From an uncultured cyanobacterium (GTDB lineage: Bacteria; Cyanobacteriota; Cyanobacteriia; Phormidesmidales; Phormidesmidaceae): a DNA stretch of 64,000 bases. The stretch covers positions 1,344,001 to 1,408,000 of the forward strand of contig CAWBZI010000001.1 in NCBI GenBank assembly GCA_963793265.1, given 5' to 3'. Under the pieces are notes generated by a model. That model was not told where the DNA came from and did not search any database. It saw only the letters and a program-made list of their open reading frames with translations. Position numbers and translations under genes: made by a program. This document shows positions 9,548 to 18,923 of this stretch, piece after piece; positions within the stretch are counted from its first letter, which is position 1; each line of letters starts with the position of its first letter.

Positions 9548-10705
9548 ATGTCTGATAGTACTGTCATTCTCAACGCCCGTTTGCCCAGGCGGAAATCTTC
9601 AGATCTCTATCAGATTGTGATTGAGCAGGGGTTATTGCAGTCTGTAAAGCTGATGAGCGAGGTGCGATCGCCTTTCCTCAAATCAACGGTCATAGACGTG
9701 GCAGGCGACTGGATCTCTTCAGGCGCAGTCGATCTACAAATCAACGGAGCCTTGGGTCTAGCCTTTCCAGACTTAAGAGAAAGTCACTTCGAGCAGCTTC
9801 AGGCAATCTGCGATTTACTATGGCAGCAGGGCATCGATAGTTTTTGTCCGACGCTAGTCACCACCTCGATTGAAAACTTTCACGGCAGCCTATCTGCCAT
9901 TCACAAATTTCAGTCTCAGCAAAAAGGCGGCACCGCTAAAATACTGGGCGCACATTTAGAAGGGCCTTTTTTGAATCCAACAAAGCGCGGCGCACATCCC
10001 GCAGCGTTTTTACAACCGCTGACGCTGGATGCCGTAAAAACAGTCATTGGTGACTTTGTTGAAACCGTCAGCATCGTAACGCTAGCGCCCGAAATAGAAC
10101 AAAATAACGTTATTGAATGGCTCACACATCAAAACATCACAGTCAGCCTGGGTCATTCTTTAGCCACCGCCAAGCAGGCTACACAAGCATTTAATCAGGG
10201 CGCTACGATGGTGACTCACGCCTTTAACGCCATGCCTGGCCTGCATCACCGGGAACCTGGACTGTTGGGCGCAGCGCTCACGGATTCTCGCGTGTCCTGC
10301 GGCTTTATTGCCGACGGGCAGCACATCTGTCCGACCATGCTCAAATTGTTACTTCGCGCTGGGCGAGACAATCTGTTTCTAGTGAGTGACGCGCTCTCAC
10401 CGCTGGGCTTGCCGGACGGTAAATACCCATGGGATTCTCGTGAGATTGAGGTGATCGGTGGAACAGCAAGACTAGCGGATGGAACGCTTTCAGGAACAAC
10501 ACTGTCCTTGATAGAAGGCGCGAAGAATCTAGTGGAATGGGGAATTTGTGACGTGGGAGAGGCGATCGCACTTGTCACCCAAGCCCCCCGCAAAGCAATC
10601 GGCCTGCCCGACCTTGTGCCCAACGCACCCGCCCATCTTATCCGCTGCTGGCAGCACGACGTCCAAACCCATCAACTCAGTTGGCAGCGCCTACAAACTC
10701 TTTAA
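9548..10705 (+). CDS. nagA: N-acetylglucosamine-6-phosphate deacetylase
   Basis: 'DLQING', 'HLEGPFLN..KRGAHP', 'TLAPE', 'SLGHS', 'THAFNAM', 'IADG.H', 'VSDA'. Start moved to ATG 9548 to avoid overlapping purE. Confidence 0.93.
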   Translation: MSDSTVILNARLPRRKSSDLYQIVIEQGLLQSVKLMSEVRSPFLKSTVIDVAGDWISSGAVDLQINGALGLAFPDLRESHFEQLQAICDLLWQQGIDSFCPTLVTTSIENFHGSLSAIHKFQSQQKGGTAKILGAHLEGPFLNPTKRGAHPAAFLQPLTLDAVKTVIGDFVETVSIVTLAPEIEQNNVIEWLTHQNITVSLGHSLATAKQATQAFNQGATMVTHAFNAMPGLHHREPGLLGAALTDSRVSCGFIADGQHICPTMLKLLLRAGRDNLFLVSDALSPLGLPDGKYPWDSREIEVIGGTARLADGTLSGTTLSLIEGAKNLVEWGICDVGEAIALVTQAPRKAIGLPDLVPNAPAHLIRCWQHDVQTHQLSWQRLQTL

Positions 10706-10817
10706 ATCTCCTAATGCATCTCTCATACTTGAGTAATTCGAGACTGCTACCGTCATAGGGCTAAAGCCTTGAACGAAGGTGCGAAAATCACGGCAAAAGG
10801 CACTAGGGGACAAACCG

Positions 10818-12500
10818 ATGACAGACACAGCACAGCTAACATCTGACAAATGGTGGGAAGAGAGCGTCATTTATCAGGTGTATGCGCTGACGTTTGCCGA
10901 TGGCGATGGCGACGGCACGGGGGATCTGCGCGGCATTATCGATCGGCTTGACTATCTAAACGATGGTGACCCCGACAGTAAAACTTCCTTAGGGATAGAC
11001 GCCATCTGGCTCTCACCCATCAACAAGTCTCCCATGATCGACAACGGCTATGACGTTGCTGACTACACAGACGTGTGCTCTACGTTTGGCTCGCTCGCTG
11101 ACTTTGACGAGCTAATTGAAAAGGCACATGAAAGAGGGATCAAAATCATCATGGATTTGGTGGTTAATCACTCTTCTAATCAGCACCCGTGGTTTGTTGA
11201 ATCGCGTCAAAACAGAACCAACCCTAAGGCTGACTGGTACCTGTGGGAAGAGGCCACCGGAGACAGGAAGTATCCTAACAACTGGCAGTCTTACTTTGGT
11301 GGCCCTGGCTGGGCATATTCTCCTGAGCGAGAACAGTTCTACTTTCATACTTTCAATAAAAACCAGCCTGATCTAAACTGGCAAAACCCCGAAGTCGTAG
11401 CAGCGATTCACGACATTATCCGCTTCTGGCTAGACCGTGGCGTAGATGGCTTTCGCCTGGATGCTTCTAGCGTATATAGCAAAGATATTTACTTTCGAGA
11501 TAATCCGATGAAGTATGGTTCTTCGGATAAGAACGATTACAACAACTATCATCATCTATATGACAAGAATTTGCCTGAGAATCACCAGATTTTGAAAGAG
11601 ATGCGGGCGATCGCAGACGAATACGGCAACCGCGTTATCATTGGTGAAACCTTCATCGATAGCCGACTCCACGATTCAGTCGCCTTCTACGGTGTGAATA
11701 ACGACGAGCTGCATTTACCGATTGCCTTCGAGTTTCCCTTTAGCCCCTGGTATCCAGGCTATTTACAAAGAGAGATTGAGAACAAAGAGAAAGTTACGCC
11801 TGCGGGCGCTTGCCCCACTTACTTTCTAGATAATCATGATATTCCTCGGCATATGTCGCGGTGGGTGGAGTGTAGCTTGTGTGTGAATTCGGAGGCGATC
11901 GCAAAAGCCGCTGCTACCATTCTCCTCACCCTTCGAGGCGTCCCCATGCTGTACTACGGCCAAGAGCTGGGCATGGAAGACAATGTGGATATCCCAGCCG
12001 ATAAGCTGCAAGACAAAGCGATTGTAAAAAGCGAGAGTGGTGAAACGCCGCCGCCGCGTGATGGTGCGCGTACGCCGATGCAATGGGATGCCTCTGCCCA
12101 TGCAGGCTTTAGCTTTGGTAAAGATGTAGAGCCTTGGCTACCTGTTCATGCCAATTACAAGGAGGTGAATGTTGCCTCACAGTTACAAGATCCTCAGTCG
12201 ATTTTGAACTTTTATCGGGCGCTGATTCGGGTGCGGAAGCAGAGTGTGGCGTTGAGACGAGGGGGGTGGCGATCGCTCATTCACTATCCTCAAGAGCACA
12301 TGGCCTACCTGCGAGAAGCCGAAGGTGAAACGGTACTCATCGCCATCAACTTCTTTTACGAGCAGCCCTTCACGCTAGACGTACCAATCGACAAAGAAAA
12401 CTGGACAGTACTGCTTTCCACTTCATATGAAGCCGGTAAGCAAGTAGATTTATCAGATACCCTTCAACCCTTTGAAGTCTCTATTTTGAGAAAGATATAG
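10818..12500 (+). CDS. GH13 alpha-glucosidase / oligo-1,6-glucosidase family protein
   Basis: 'VIYQVY..TFAD.DGDG.GDLRGI', 'DNGYDV', 'DLVVNH', 'GVDGFRLD', 'DNHD', 'RDGARTPMQWD'. ATG 10818 follows AGGGG. Confidence 0.92.
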   Translation: MTDTAQLTSDKWWEESVIYQVYALTFADGDGDGTGDLRGIIDRLDYLNDGDPDSKTSLGIDAIWLSPINKSPMIDNGYDVADYTDVCSTFGSLADFDELIEKAHERGIKIIMDLVVNHSSNQHPWFVESRQNRTNPKADWYLWEEATGDRKYPNNWQSYFGGPGWAYSPEREQFYFHTFNKNQPDLNWQNPEVVAAIHDIIRFWLDRGVDGFRLDASSVYSKDIYFRDNPMKYGSSDKNDYNNYHHLYDKNLPENHQILKEMRAIADEYGNRVIIGETFIDSRLHDSVAFYGVNNDELHLPIAFEFPFSPWYPGYLQREIENKEKVTPAGACPTYFLDNHDIPRHMSRWVECSLCVNSEAIAKAAATILLTLRGVPMLYYGQELGMEDNVDIPADKLQDKAIVKSESGETPPPRDGARTPMQWDASAHAGFSFGKDVEPWLPVHANYKEVNVASQLQDPQSILNFYRALIRVRKQSVALRRGGWRSLIHYPQEHMAYLREAEGETVLIAINFFYEQPFTLDVPIDKENWTVLLSTSYEAGKQVDLSDTLQPFEVSILRKI

Positions 12501-12579
12501 CTGTATCAAAATAGGAAAACGCCAGTATTGACTTCGCCGGGCGTAGAACCTTTTAATTAGAAGAAGCTGCTATACACAG

Positions 12580-12852
12580 TCACTTAAACTGGCTGTAGTG
12601 ACTACCAATTGCATGAAGATAGACATGCTCATCATCGAAATCATACACAAGACGATCCCGTTTAGAGATTCGTCTAGCCCAAAGACCTGACAGCTCGTAC
12701 TTTAGTGGTTCTGGCTTACCTGAGCCAACGGTTGGATCGCCCCGCAGCATTTCCCCGATCTGCCTGCGCAAAACCCTATGGGCATTTTTATCTTGCTCCC
12801 GTAGTTTTTCGTAAGCTAGCCAGGTACCAGCTTTGAATACTAAATTCCTCAT
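12580..12852 (-). CDS. yoeB: Txe/YoeB family toxin
   Basis: 'G.GKPEPLKY.LSGLWARRI...DRLVY' and C-terminal 'HY'. Overlaps the antitoxin stop (ATGA). Confidence 0.9.
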   Translation of the reverse strand: MRNLVFKAGTWLAYEKLREQDKNAHRVLRRQIGEMLRGDPTVGSGKPEPLKYELSGLWARRISKRDRLVYDFDDEHVYLHAIGSHYSQFK

Positions 12853-13130
12853 TCAGCATTCACTGACAAAATATCGTCTAGTTCTTGCTGAGTGGGAATG
12901 TAGCCGCCTTGAGCACCGGGCGTCTGCCGAGCCGCTCGAATTTGGCTCATTAAGTATGGATCTTGCAGTATGTAAAGCGTCTCTTGCTCGCTCTCCCAGT
13001 CATCAACACTCATCACAATAAAGTCAGTTCCGTTACGGCGAGTTACTCTTAAAGGCTCGTGGCGACTCGCTGATGACTCTACAAATGTTCTCAGATTATC
13101 GCGGAATTTGTTGACGCTAACGCTTTCCAT
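12849..13130 (-). CDS. yefM: Phd/YefM family antitoxin
   Basis: 'SVN.FR.NL......HEPL.VTRRNG..F.VMS..DW..EQETLY.L'. Confidence 0.9.
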   Translation of the reverse strand: MESVSVNKFRDNLRTFVESSASRHEPLRVTRRNGTDFIVMSVDDWESEQETLYILQDPYLMSQIRAARQTPGAQGGYIPTQQELDDILSVNAE

Positions 13131-13393
13131 AGTGATGAAATACCTTATTCAATATGACGTACGGTATTGCCGTACTTAAATAATAGCTTAGATAGCCAAG
13201 AAGTTTATAAACGAGAAGAGATGGTGAAGGTGATAAAGGTCACCCACAGACAGGAATTCTGATGGCTAAGATCAGAACAAGTTTTTTTGATACGGCTGCT
13301 AAAAGTTACGGATTGTCCGTAGAAGCAGCGTAGAAGAATACTATCTTGATCGGCTTAACAGTTGCATCTCTCTCAATTTCTCAAGGAATTTCT

Positions 13394-14077
13394 ATGGCTA
13401 GTAAGGTCACCCCGCTCTACGCTAAAACTCGCATTTTGTTGAACCTATGGGCGTTGGATGAAACGCCCGCTGCCAAATCTCACTTTGTACCCGGTGGTGA
13501 GGCTTACAAAGCGGCGTTAGCGGAGCTGATAAAAGACGATAGTCTTGCAGAAACACCAAAAACTAAGAAGACGAAAGTCTATTCGCTCACGGCGAGCGGG
13601 CAAGACAAGTTAGCAAAGAACTTAGCAGACGAGGCTTTTGCATTTAGCTCAAATATTGGCCCGAAAACGACTAATGCGCTCTTGAGCTGGATAAGAATCA
13701 TCAGAGCCACAGGTTCACAAAATGAGCAAATGAACCAAGCAGCGGCTCAAACCCACGCCGATAGTCAGCCCTCTACCAACGGCAAGGCTTCTCAAATTGA
13801 TTCCTACGACGAATTTACTCAAACAGCTCTAAAAACCTACGATCAGCTCAATCAGGACTACAACCTGGACGACCTAGTACCTATCTATCGAATTCGTCGG
13901 GAAATAGGCGATCGCCTCCCTCGCCAAAAATTCAATGAATGGCTATTAGAAGTGCAGGCCAACGACCTCGTGCAGCTCATGGGCAGCAACCTATCTAACG
14001 TCACCGCCGACCAAATGGAAGACTCTTTGACCATTCCTGGGGCAGGCGCTAGATTCTTTGTGAAGCGGCTATCTTAG
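13394..14077 (+). CDS. winged-helix DNA-binding protein, RcaD-like
   Basis: AAGGA before ATG 13394. N-terminal 'VYSLTASG' wing motif; C-terminal 'LNQDYNLDDLVPIYRIRREIG..LPR..FNEWLLE.QANDL.QL' domain recalled as resembling cyanobacterial RcaD. Confidence 0.6.
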   Translation: MASKVTPLYAKTRILLNLWALDETPAAKSHFVPGGEAYKAALAELIKDDSLAETPKTKKTKVYSLTASGQDKLAKNLADEAFAFSSNIGPKTTNALLSWIRIIRATGSQNEQMNQAAAQTHADSQPSTNGKASQIDSYDEFTQTALKTYDQLNQDYNLDDLVPIYRIRREIGDRLPRQKFNEWLLEVQANDLVQLMGSNLSNVTADQMEDSLTIPGAGARFFVKRLS

Positions 14078-14124
14078 CTAGCGTTAAAGCAACAAGCCCA
14101 CCCATCCTTTCAGCTCTAAATATA

Positions 14125-16173
14125 ATGTCTGCTTCCTCAAAAAGCTCTACCGAGTCTGCTATTTTCTCTGCGCTAACCGCAAACAATCCATTTGAAAGAC
14201 CACCCGTTGTAAGAGAACAAAACATCTGGGGCGAATCTTTCCCAGACATTCCTTCCTTGAATGCAAAGGCTTCTGACAGCCTGTTTAATGCGGTAAGTCA
14301 GGTAAGGTCTGCCGACTCCGAACTAGAAAAAATTACCTCGCTTGTCTTTTTGTCCGACCGAGGCGTTGGGAAAAGCCATGTCATCAAGCGTATTCGTAGA
14401 AGACTACAGGCTAGTAGCGAAGGTATTTTTATTTACGCTAGCGCTGACAGATATGGCAACTTAGCGCTGATCAACTCTCTTTTTCAACAGTCTATTGCCG
14501 AAAGTTTGGAGCAGCAAAGCAATGACGGCGTAACGCAATGGCAAGAGATTGCAGCCTTGGTCGTGGCAGACGCCATGAGATCGGTGAATCCTGACGCCAC
14601 CGTGTTGATAGCCTCAGAACTGGTGAAAAAGTTTGACCGAGCCTATCAAAGTAAGCGATCACAGGGCAAAGACTTAGTAAGAGCCTTGGTTAGAGCTATT
14701 CAGAAGCTCGCGGTTCAAAGGCAGTGGCCTAAGACTGATAGCTATATTCTACGAGCGCTGGTCTGGACACTTTCTGAAGAACGCGGATCTTTGGCAGTGA
14801 AATGGTTAGCCGGGGAAGAACTTGGGGCCGAAGACGCCGCTGATCTACGACTACCCCTCAACAATAGAAGCGAAGGCGAAGCGAACGCTTCAGCACCCAC
14901 CGTTGTAGCCAACCTAATTTCTTTGCTTAACGAATACAAAACGGTTGTTATTTGCTTTGATGAGCTGGATACATCGGCAGTTGATGAAGACGGGCGAGAC
15001 GCACCCTACCTGATTTTGAACTTAGTTAAGCGATTGTTTGATTCGGTTAAGCAGTCATCTGGAGCCAAAGGCGTTGTGATTTTGACCTCAGTGCTGCCTG
15101 ATGCCTGGCGTCAGATCAAGCAGTTGCAGATTTCACTACAGAGAATATCTGCCTACGGCGACCCTATCAGCCTGACGTACTTGAACGAAGAAACCGCAAT
15201 AGATTTGTGCGCGCTAACGCTCGGCAGATTTTATGAGAGAAAAGGCTTAAAACCCAGAAATCCAATATATCCGTTCACCCGAGAAGAGATCGCCGCTTTT
15301 GGTAAAGGGAGGCCATCGGCTCGCGAAGCGCTAAAGTGGTTTGCCGCAAAGCTAGACGAAAAACTAAAGACCATTGAACCACCTTCTCTTTCCTATACGG
15401 AGAGGTTTGAGGTAGCTTACCAAAATGCTCTCGATCAGTTCGACATAGACGATCTCGACAATAACGAAGTAACGGCTTCTGCGCTACGGTTTTGCTTTGA
15501 GAAGATAGCAGGCATCGAGAAGACTAAAGAACAGCCGATAGAAGGCGTCGTAATTAAAAGCGTAGAAGATATTACACCTAGATCTAAGAATGATGGTCGG
15601 CTTCACTTTAAGGTACTAGGGGAAGAGGGTGGCGAGTCTGTAGTGGTTGGGCTCGGTGTCATTCAAGAGACGCACGGACTTTCAGTAGGCGCTGGCTTTA
15701 GGCGGCTGCTCGATAAGGAGACATTTGGGCTGTCGCGAGGATGTTTGGTGCGATCACGTGATCGCAAAATCAAGCGCTGTTGGGACTCTTTTGAGTACTA
15801 CCAACAGCTTATTGCCCAGGGCGGCGAATGGGTAGATCTCACCTCCGAAGAGATCAAACCACTGCTAGCGTTGCAATACGTTTACGAACACCACGAAAAG
15901 TTCGATCTCACCGTCAAACGGCTAGATTCTTTTGCCTTCACACGCAAGCTGCTCCAAAGCAATCCACTAATAAAAGAAATCTTGAGCCGCCCAGAAGGCC
16001 ACGTTGTAGAGGAGGCCCTAGAAGGTGATGAGCTTCAGCGCCTCAGCGATACCGTAGATTTGGAAACGCTTGAGACTGATTTGGCCAGCGATTTAGCCAT
16101 TGAAGACAACGATGAGAAAGCGGCTGAAGTTCGAGCCGACCTAGAAGAATTTGCTGAAGCCCTTGCCGTATGA
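14125..16173 (+). CDS. large P-loop ATPase, RcaG-like
   Basis: N-terminal 'NPF', Walker A variant 'SDRGVGKS', Walker B 'VVICFDELD', 'NPIYPF', and an acidic tail. Confidence 0.8.
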   Translation: MSASSKSSTESAIFSALTANNPFERPPVVREQNIWGESFPDIPSLNAKASDSLFNAVSQVRSADSELEKITSLVFLSDRGVGKSHVIKRIRRRLQASSEGIFIYASADRYGNLALINSLFQQSIAESLEQQSNDGVTQWQEIAALVVADAMRSVNPDATVLIASELVKKFDRAYQSKRSQGKDLVRALVRAIQKLAVQRQWPKTDSYILRALVWTLSEERGSLAVKWLAGEELGAEDAADLRLPLNNRSEGEANASAPTVVANLISLLNEYKTVVICFDELDTSAVDEDGRDAPYLILNLVKRLFDSVKQSSGAKGVVILTSVLPDAWRQIKQLQISLQRISAYGDPISLTYLNEETAIDLCALTLGRFYERKGLKPRNPIYPFTREEIAAFGKGRPSAREALKWFAAKLDEKLKTIEPPSLSYTERFEVAYQNALDQFDIDDLDNNEVTASALRFCFEKIAGIEKTKEQPIEGVVIKSVEDITPRSKNDGRLHFKVLGEEGGESVVVGLGVIQETHGLSVGAGFRRLLDKETFGLSRGCLVRSRDRKIKRCWDSFEYYQQLIAQGGEWVDLTSEEIKPLLALQYVYEHHEKFDLTVKRLDSFAFTRKLLQSNPLIKEILSRPEGHVVEEALEGDELQRLSDTVDLETLETDLASDLAIEDNDEKAAEVRADLEEFAEALAV

Positions 16174-17579
16174 CGATTCTCAACATTTCACTATGCCTAC
16201 CTGAGCTAGATGTTGCGGCGCTGTCTCAGGCGTCGCAGGGCCGTTCTATTGTGGCGATGACCCAGCGGTTTATTGTCCCTGACAAATCGTTCGCACTGCT
16301 CCCGTGTCAGCATCTAGCTGATGATTTGCAGCCCGAGGCTCTGTACCAGGATCGCGTACTCAAAGAACTAGCGCCGCTTAGGTTAGCCAGCGACGAGCCA
16401 GCAATCACAACACACTGGGCTGAGTGCGTATTTTGTCAGCAAATTGTGGATGAGGATGCGATTACAGCGCTAGGCGATCACACCATTTGGAAAACAGAAG
16501 CCCTACTGCATCACCTGCAAACCCACGGCAAGCTATTTCTCTCTTTTCTAAGGGTCTACGAACTGCCTCAAGCGATCGCAATATCAACCGCACCCGTCTG
16601 TGAGCAGCTTTATAAATTCCTACCGTTACCACAATATTTAGAAGTCAGCACTCAAGCCCCAGTTCTAGACGCTGACGAATTCACTGCTGCCAAACAAGCC
16701 GTGCTTGAACCGACAGAAAGAGCGATCGCGCCGCCTAATATCCCAGACGAACATGACATCCCAGCAGATGAAACAGACATTTTAGATGATCCTGACTGGG
16801 TATCGAAGATATCCGAAGTCGGACACTCTAGCGATGGACACACTTTTGAAAAATTAGTCAGAAAAGGACTCATAGAATTGGGATTCAGCAACTCGTCAGA
16901 GCAGTTAACCGCTAGCCTGGATCCTAAAGCAACAGGCGGCGCAGGCGGATTAGATTTTTACGCCGATTTGCCTTATAAAGTTGTCGGTGAATGTAAAGCC
17001 AGTAAGAAAAAAGTAATCAACAGCGATGCGGCTACTCAGTTGGTTAGGCTAGGACTTCAAAATCTACAGCACGACGAGTATCCGAACTGCATCAAAATAG
17101 TTGTAGCTGCAGGGAGACTAACGGCAAAAGCAAATCAAATTGCTGAGGGACATCGCATTAATATCATCCGCCCCGAAGTTATGCAACAGCTAGTAAATAG
17201 TAAGCTAACGCTCGAAAACGACTTTGATCTGTTTCAACTCAAAGGTTCTTTAGAATCAGAGCCTTTTGGCGAAGCAGCCAATCAAAAAATCAACCAATAT
17301 GTAGACTGGTGCCTCGCTGAGTGGACAGAAAGGAAGGAGTACAAACAGCTTGTTCAGCAGGCAGTCAATACATTAAAGGAACTCTCAGAGCAGCCAATCG
17401 CTTCACAATCCGAGGATTTCTCAGTCAAAGAGATTCGGGCACATCACAACGCTAAATATCAGCCAATTGTTAAAACTGCTAGAATGGCTCGAATTTTAGA
17501 AAACCAGTATATTCAGGGCAGTCTTATCAACAAAAGAACTCACACAGATGGCTCTATTGGCTACTATCTAAAGAGCTAG
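16170..17579 (+). CDS. DUF1802-like domain fused to an Mrr-like PD-(D/E)XK endonuclease
   Basis: N-terminal 'AL.QGRSI....RF', 'THWA', 'HTIW', 'FLRVYEL'; nuclease motifs 'FEKLVRKGLIELGF', 'GGLDFY', 'VGECKAS', 'ATQL'. ATGA overlap with the ATPase. Confidence 0.75.
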   Translation: MTILNISLCLPELDVAALSQASQGRSIVAMTQRFIVPDKSFALLPCQHLADDLQPEALYQDRVLKELAPLRLASDEPAITTHWAECVFCQQIVDEDAITALGDHTIWKTEALLHHLQTHGKLFLSFLRVYELPQAIAISTAPVCEQLYKFLPLPQYLEVSTQAPVLDADEFTAAKQAVLEPTERAIAPPNIPDEHDIPADETDILDDPDWVSKISEVGHSSDGHTFEKLVRKGLIELGFSNSSEQLTASLDPKATGGAGGLDFYADLPYKVVGECKASKKKVINSDAATQLVRLGLQNLQHDEYPNCIKIVVAAGRLTAKANQIAEGHRINIIRPEVMQQLVNSKLTLENDFDLFQLKGSLESEPFGEAANQKINQYVDWCLAEWTERKEYKQLVQQAVNTLKELSEQPIASQSEDFSVKEIRAHHNAKYQPIVKTARMARILENQYIQGSLINKRTHTDGSIGYYLKS

Positions 17580-17640
17580 CGGTAGCGCGTTCTGCTGTTT
17601 GCCAACACGTACTATATGTAATTGCGATCGCCCCACCCCT

Positions 17641-18090
17641 ATGAAAAAGTCCTCACTCTACGAAGCCGACTTTTACGCCTGGACTCAAGAGCAGTCTAAG
17701 CTGATTGCGCTGGGAAAATGGCAGGGACTAGATGCTGCAAATCTAGTAGAGGAAATCGAATCGTTGGGCCGCAAAGAACGTCAGGAACTCAGGAATCGGC
17801 TGGGCATCTTGATCGGTCATTTGTTGAAGTGGCAGTTTCAACCCGGCCAAAAGAGTAATAGCTGGAGCAATAGCTGGCGCGGCACTATTCGCGAGCAAAG
17901 AAAACAGATTAATTTACTCATTAAAGATAGCCCTAGCCTTAAGCCATATCTAAAGGAAGCGTTGAATGATGCTTATGACTTGGGTATTTCGTTAGCCATT
18001 AAGGAAACGCAGCTATCAGAGGAAACCTTGCCAGACACCTGCCCGTATCGATTAAGTGATATTTTAGAACCTGGATTTTTACCTACTTAA
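17641..18090 (+). CDS. DUF29 family protein
   Basis: 'LYE.DFYAW..EQ', 'LD..NL.EEIESLGR.E..EL..RL..L..HLLKWQ.Q', 'SPSLK.Y', 'P..CPY'. Confidence 0.92.
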   Translation: MKKSSLYEADFYAWTQEQSKLIALGKWQGLDAANLVEEIESLGRKERQELRNRLGILIGHLLKWQFQPGQKSNSWSNSWRGTIREQRKQINLLIKDSPSLKPYLKEALNDAYDLGISLAIKETQLSEETLPDTCPYRLSDILEPGFLPT

Positions 18091-18167
18091 GGCGCTGCTA
18101 CGTGAGGATTAGAGAACCGTCGATATTAACGGCGTACTCTATGATTGAGGAAAGCGAGGTAACTGTT

Positions 18168-18434
18168 ATGAACCAGCAGCAGATTGAGGCGATCGCGCAA
18201 ACTATCAGCACCCTGTCCGACGAGGATAGGCAAGCATTAGAGCAGACACTACAGCAATCAAACGGTTCAGGTTCAACTGAACAAACTAACAACGCACGAG
18301 AAGTACCCGAACAAGAGACACTTAGCGACTTTTTTGAAGCGGTAAAAGCGATTCGAGTCGAAGGCGGCCCCCCAGATTGGTCGAGTAGAATAAACGACTA
18401 CTTAAACGAAGATGCTGTTTCAGAGCATGACTAA
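18168..18434 (+). CDS. putative antitoxin of the downstream PIN toxin
   Basis: GAGG before ATG 18168; C-terminal 'GPPDWS..I.DYL' motif of the kind seen upstream of PIN genes. Overlaps the PIN start. Confidence 0.6.
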   Translation: MNQQQIEAIAQTISTLSDEDRQALEQTLQQSNGSGSTEQTNNAREVPEQETLSDFFEAVKAIRVEGGPPDWSSRINDYLNEDAVSEHD

Positions 18435-18843
18435 GGTTTTTCTGGATTCGGCCTACTTGATTGCACTGGTGTCTACCTCAGACAAATTTCATTTAAAAGC
18501 GAACCAACTTTCTCGCTGGCTAATTGATAGCCAAGTCGAAATCGTGACGACCCGAGCAGTTTTATTAGAAGTCGGCAACGCCTTATCAAAAGAACGCTAT
18601 CGTCACATCGCAGTCGAACTTCTAAGCAGGATAGAGAGAAATATCAACATTGAGATTGTGCCACTGTCAGAGCGCCTGTATACAGAAGCTGTAGCGCTAT
18701 TCAAATCTCGCTCGGACAAAGAATGGGGTCTTGTTGACTGCGTGTCTTATGTCGCGATGACCGAGCAGGGCATCACTCAAGTGCTAACCTCTGATAAGCA
18801 TTTTAAGCAAATGGGATTTGAAGCAATGCTTTTAGATGATTAG
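18427..18843 (+). CDS. vapC: VapC-family PIN-domain toxin
   Basis: 'VFLDS..LIAL....D.FH', 'VLLE', 'GLVDCVS...M', 'LTSDKHF.QMG': the acidic PIN residues are present. Confidence 0.9.
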   Translation: MTKVFLDSAYLIALVSTSDKFHLKANQLSRWLIDSQVEIVTTRAVLLEVGNALSKERYRHIAVELLSRIERNINIEIVPLSERLYTEAVALFKSRSDKEWGLVDCVSYVAMTEQGITQVLTSDKHFKQMGFEAMLLDD

Positions 18844-18923
18844 AGCGTAGTATTTTCGACTGTAAACGTACTAAAATCATAACCGCGCAGCCCTTTCCTA
18901 TCAGTACTGACCAACCGCCTGTT

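Noticed and set aside
13159..13175. Cyanobacterial LexA box
   Set aside because: It contains GTAC, but the spacing and second half-site do not fit RGTAC-N3-DGTWC.
14125..17579. Assignment to BREX or McrBC
   Set aside because: No PglZ, PglX or BrxC partners, and no McrB NxxD signature seen; left unassigned.
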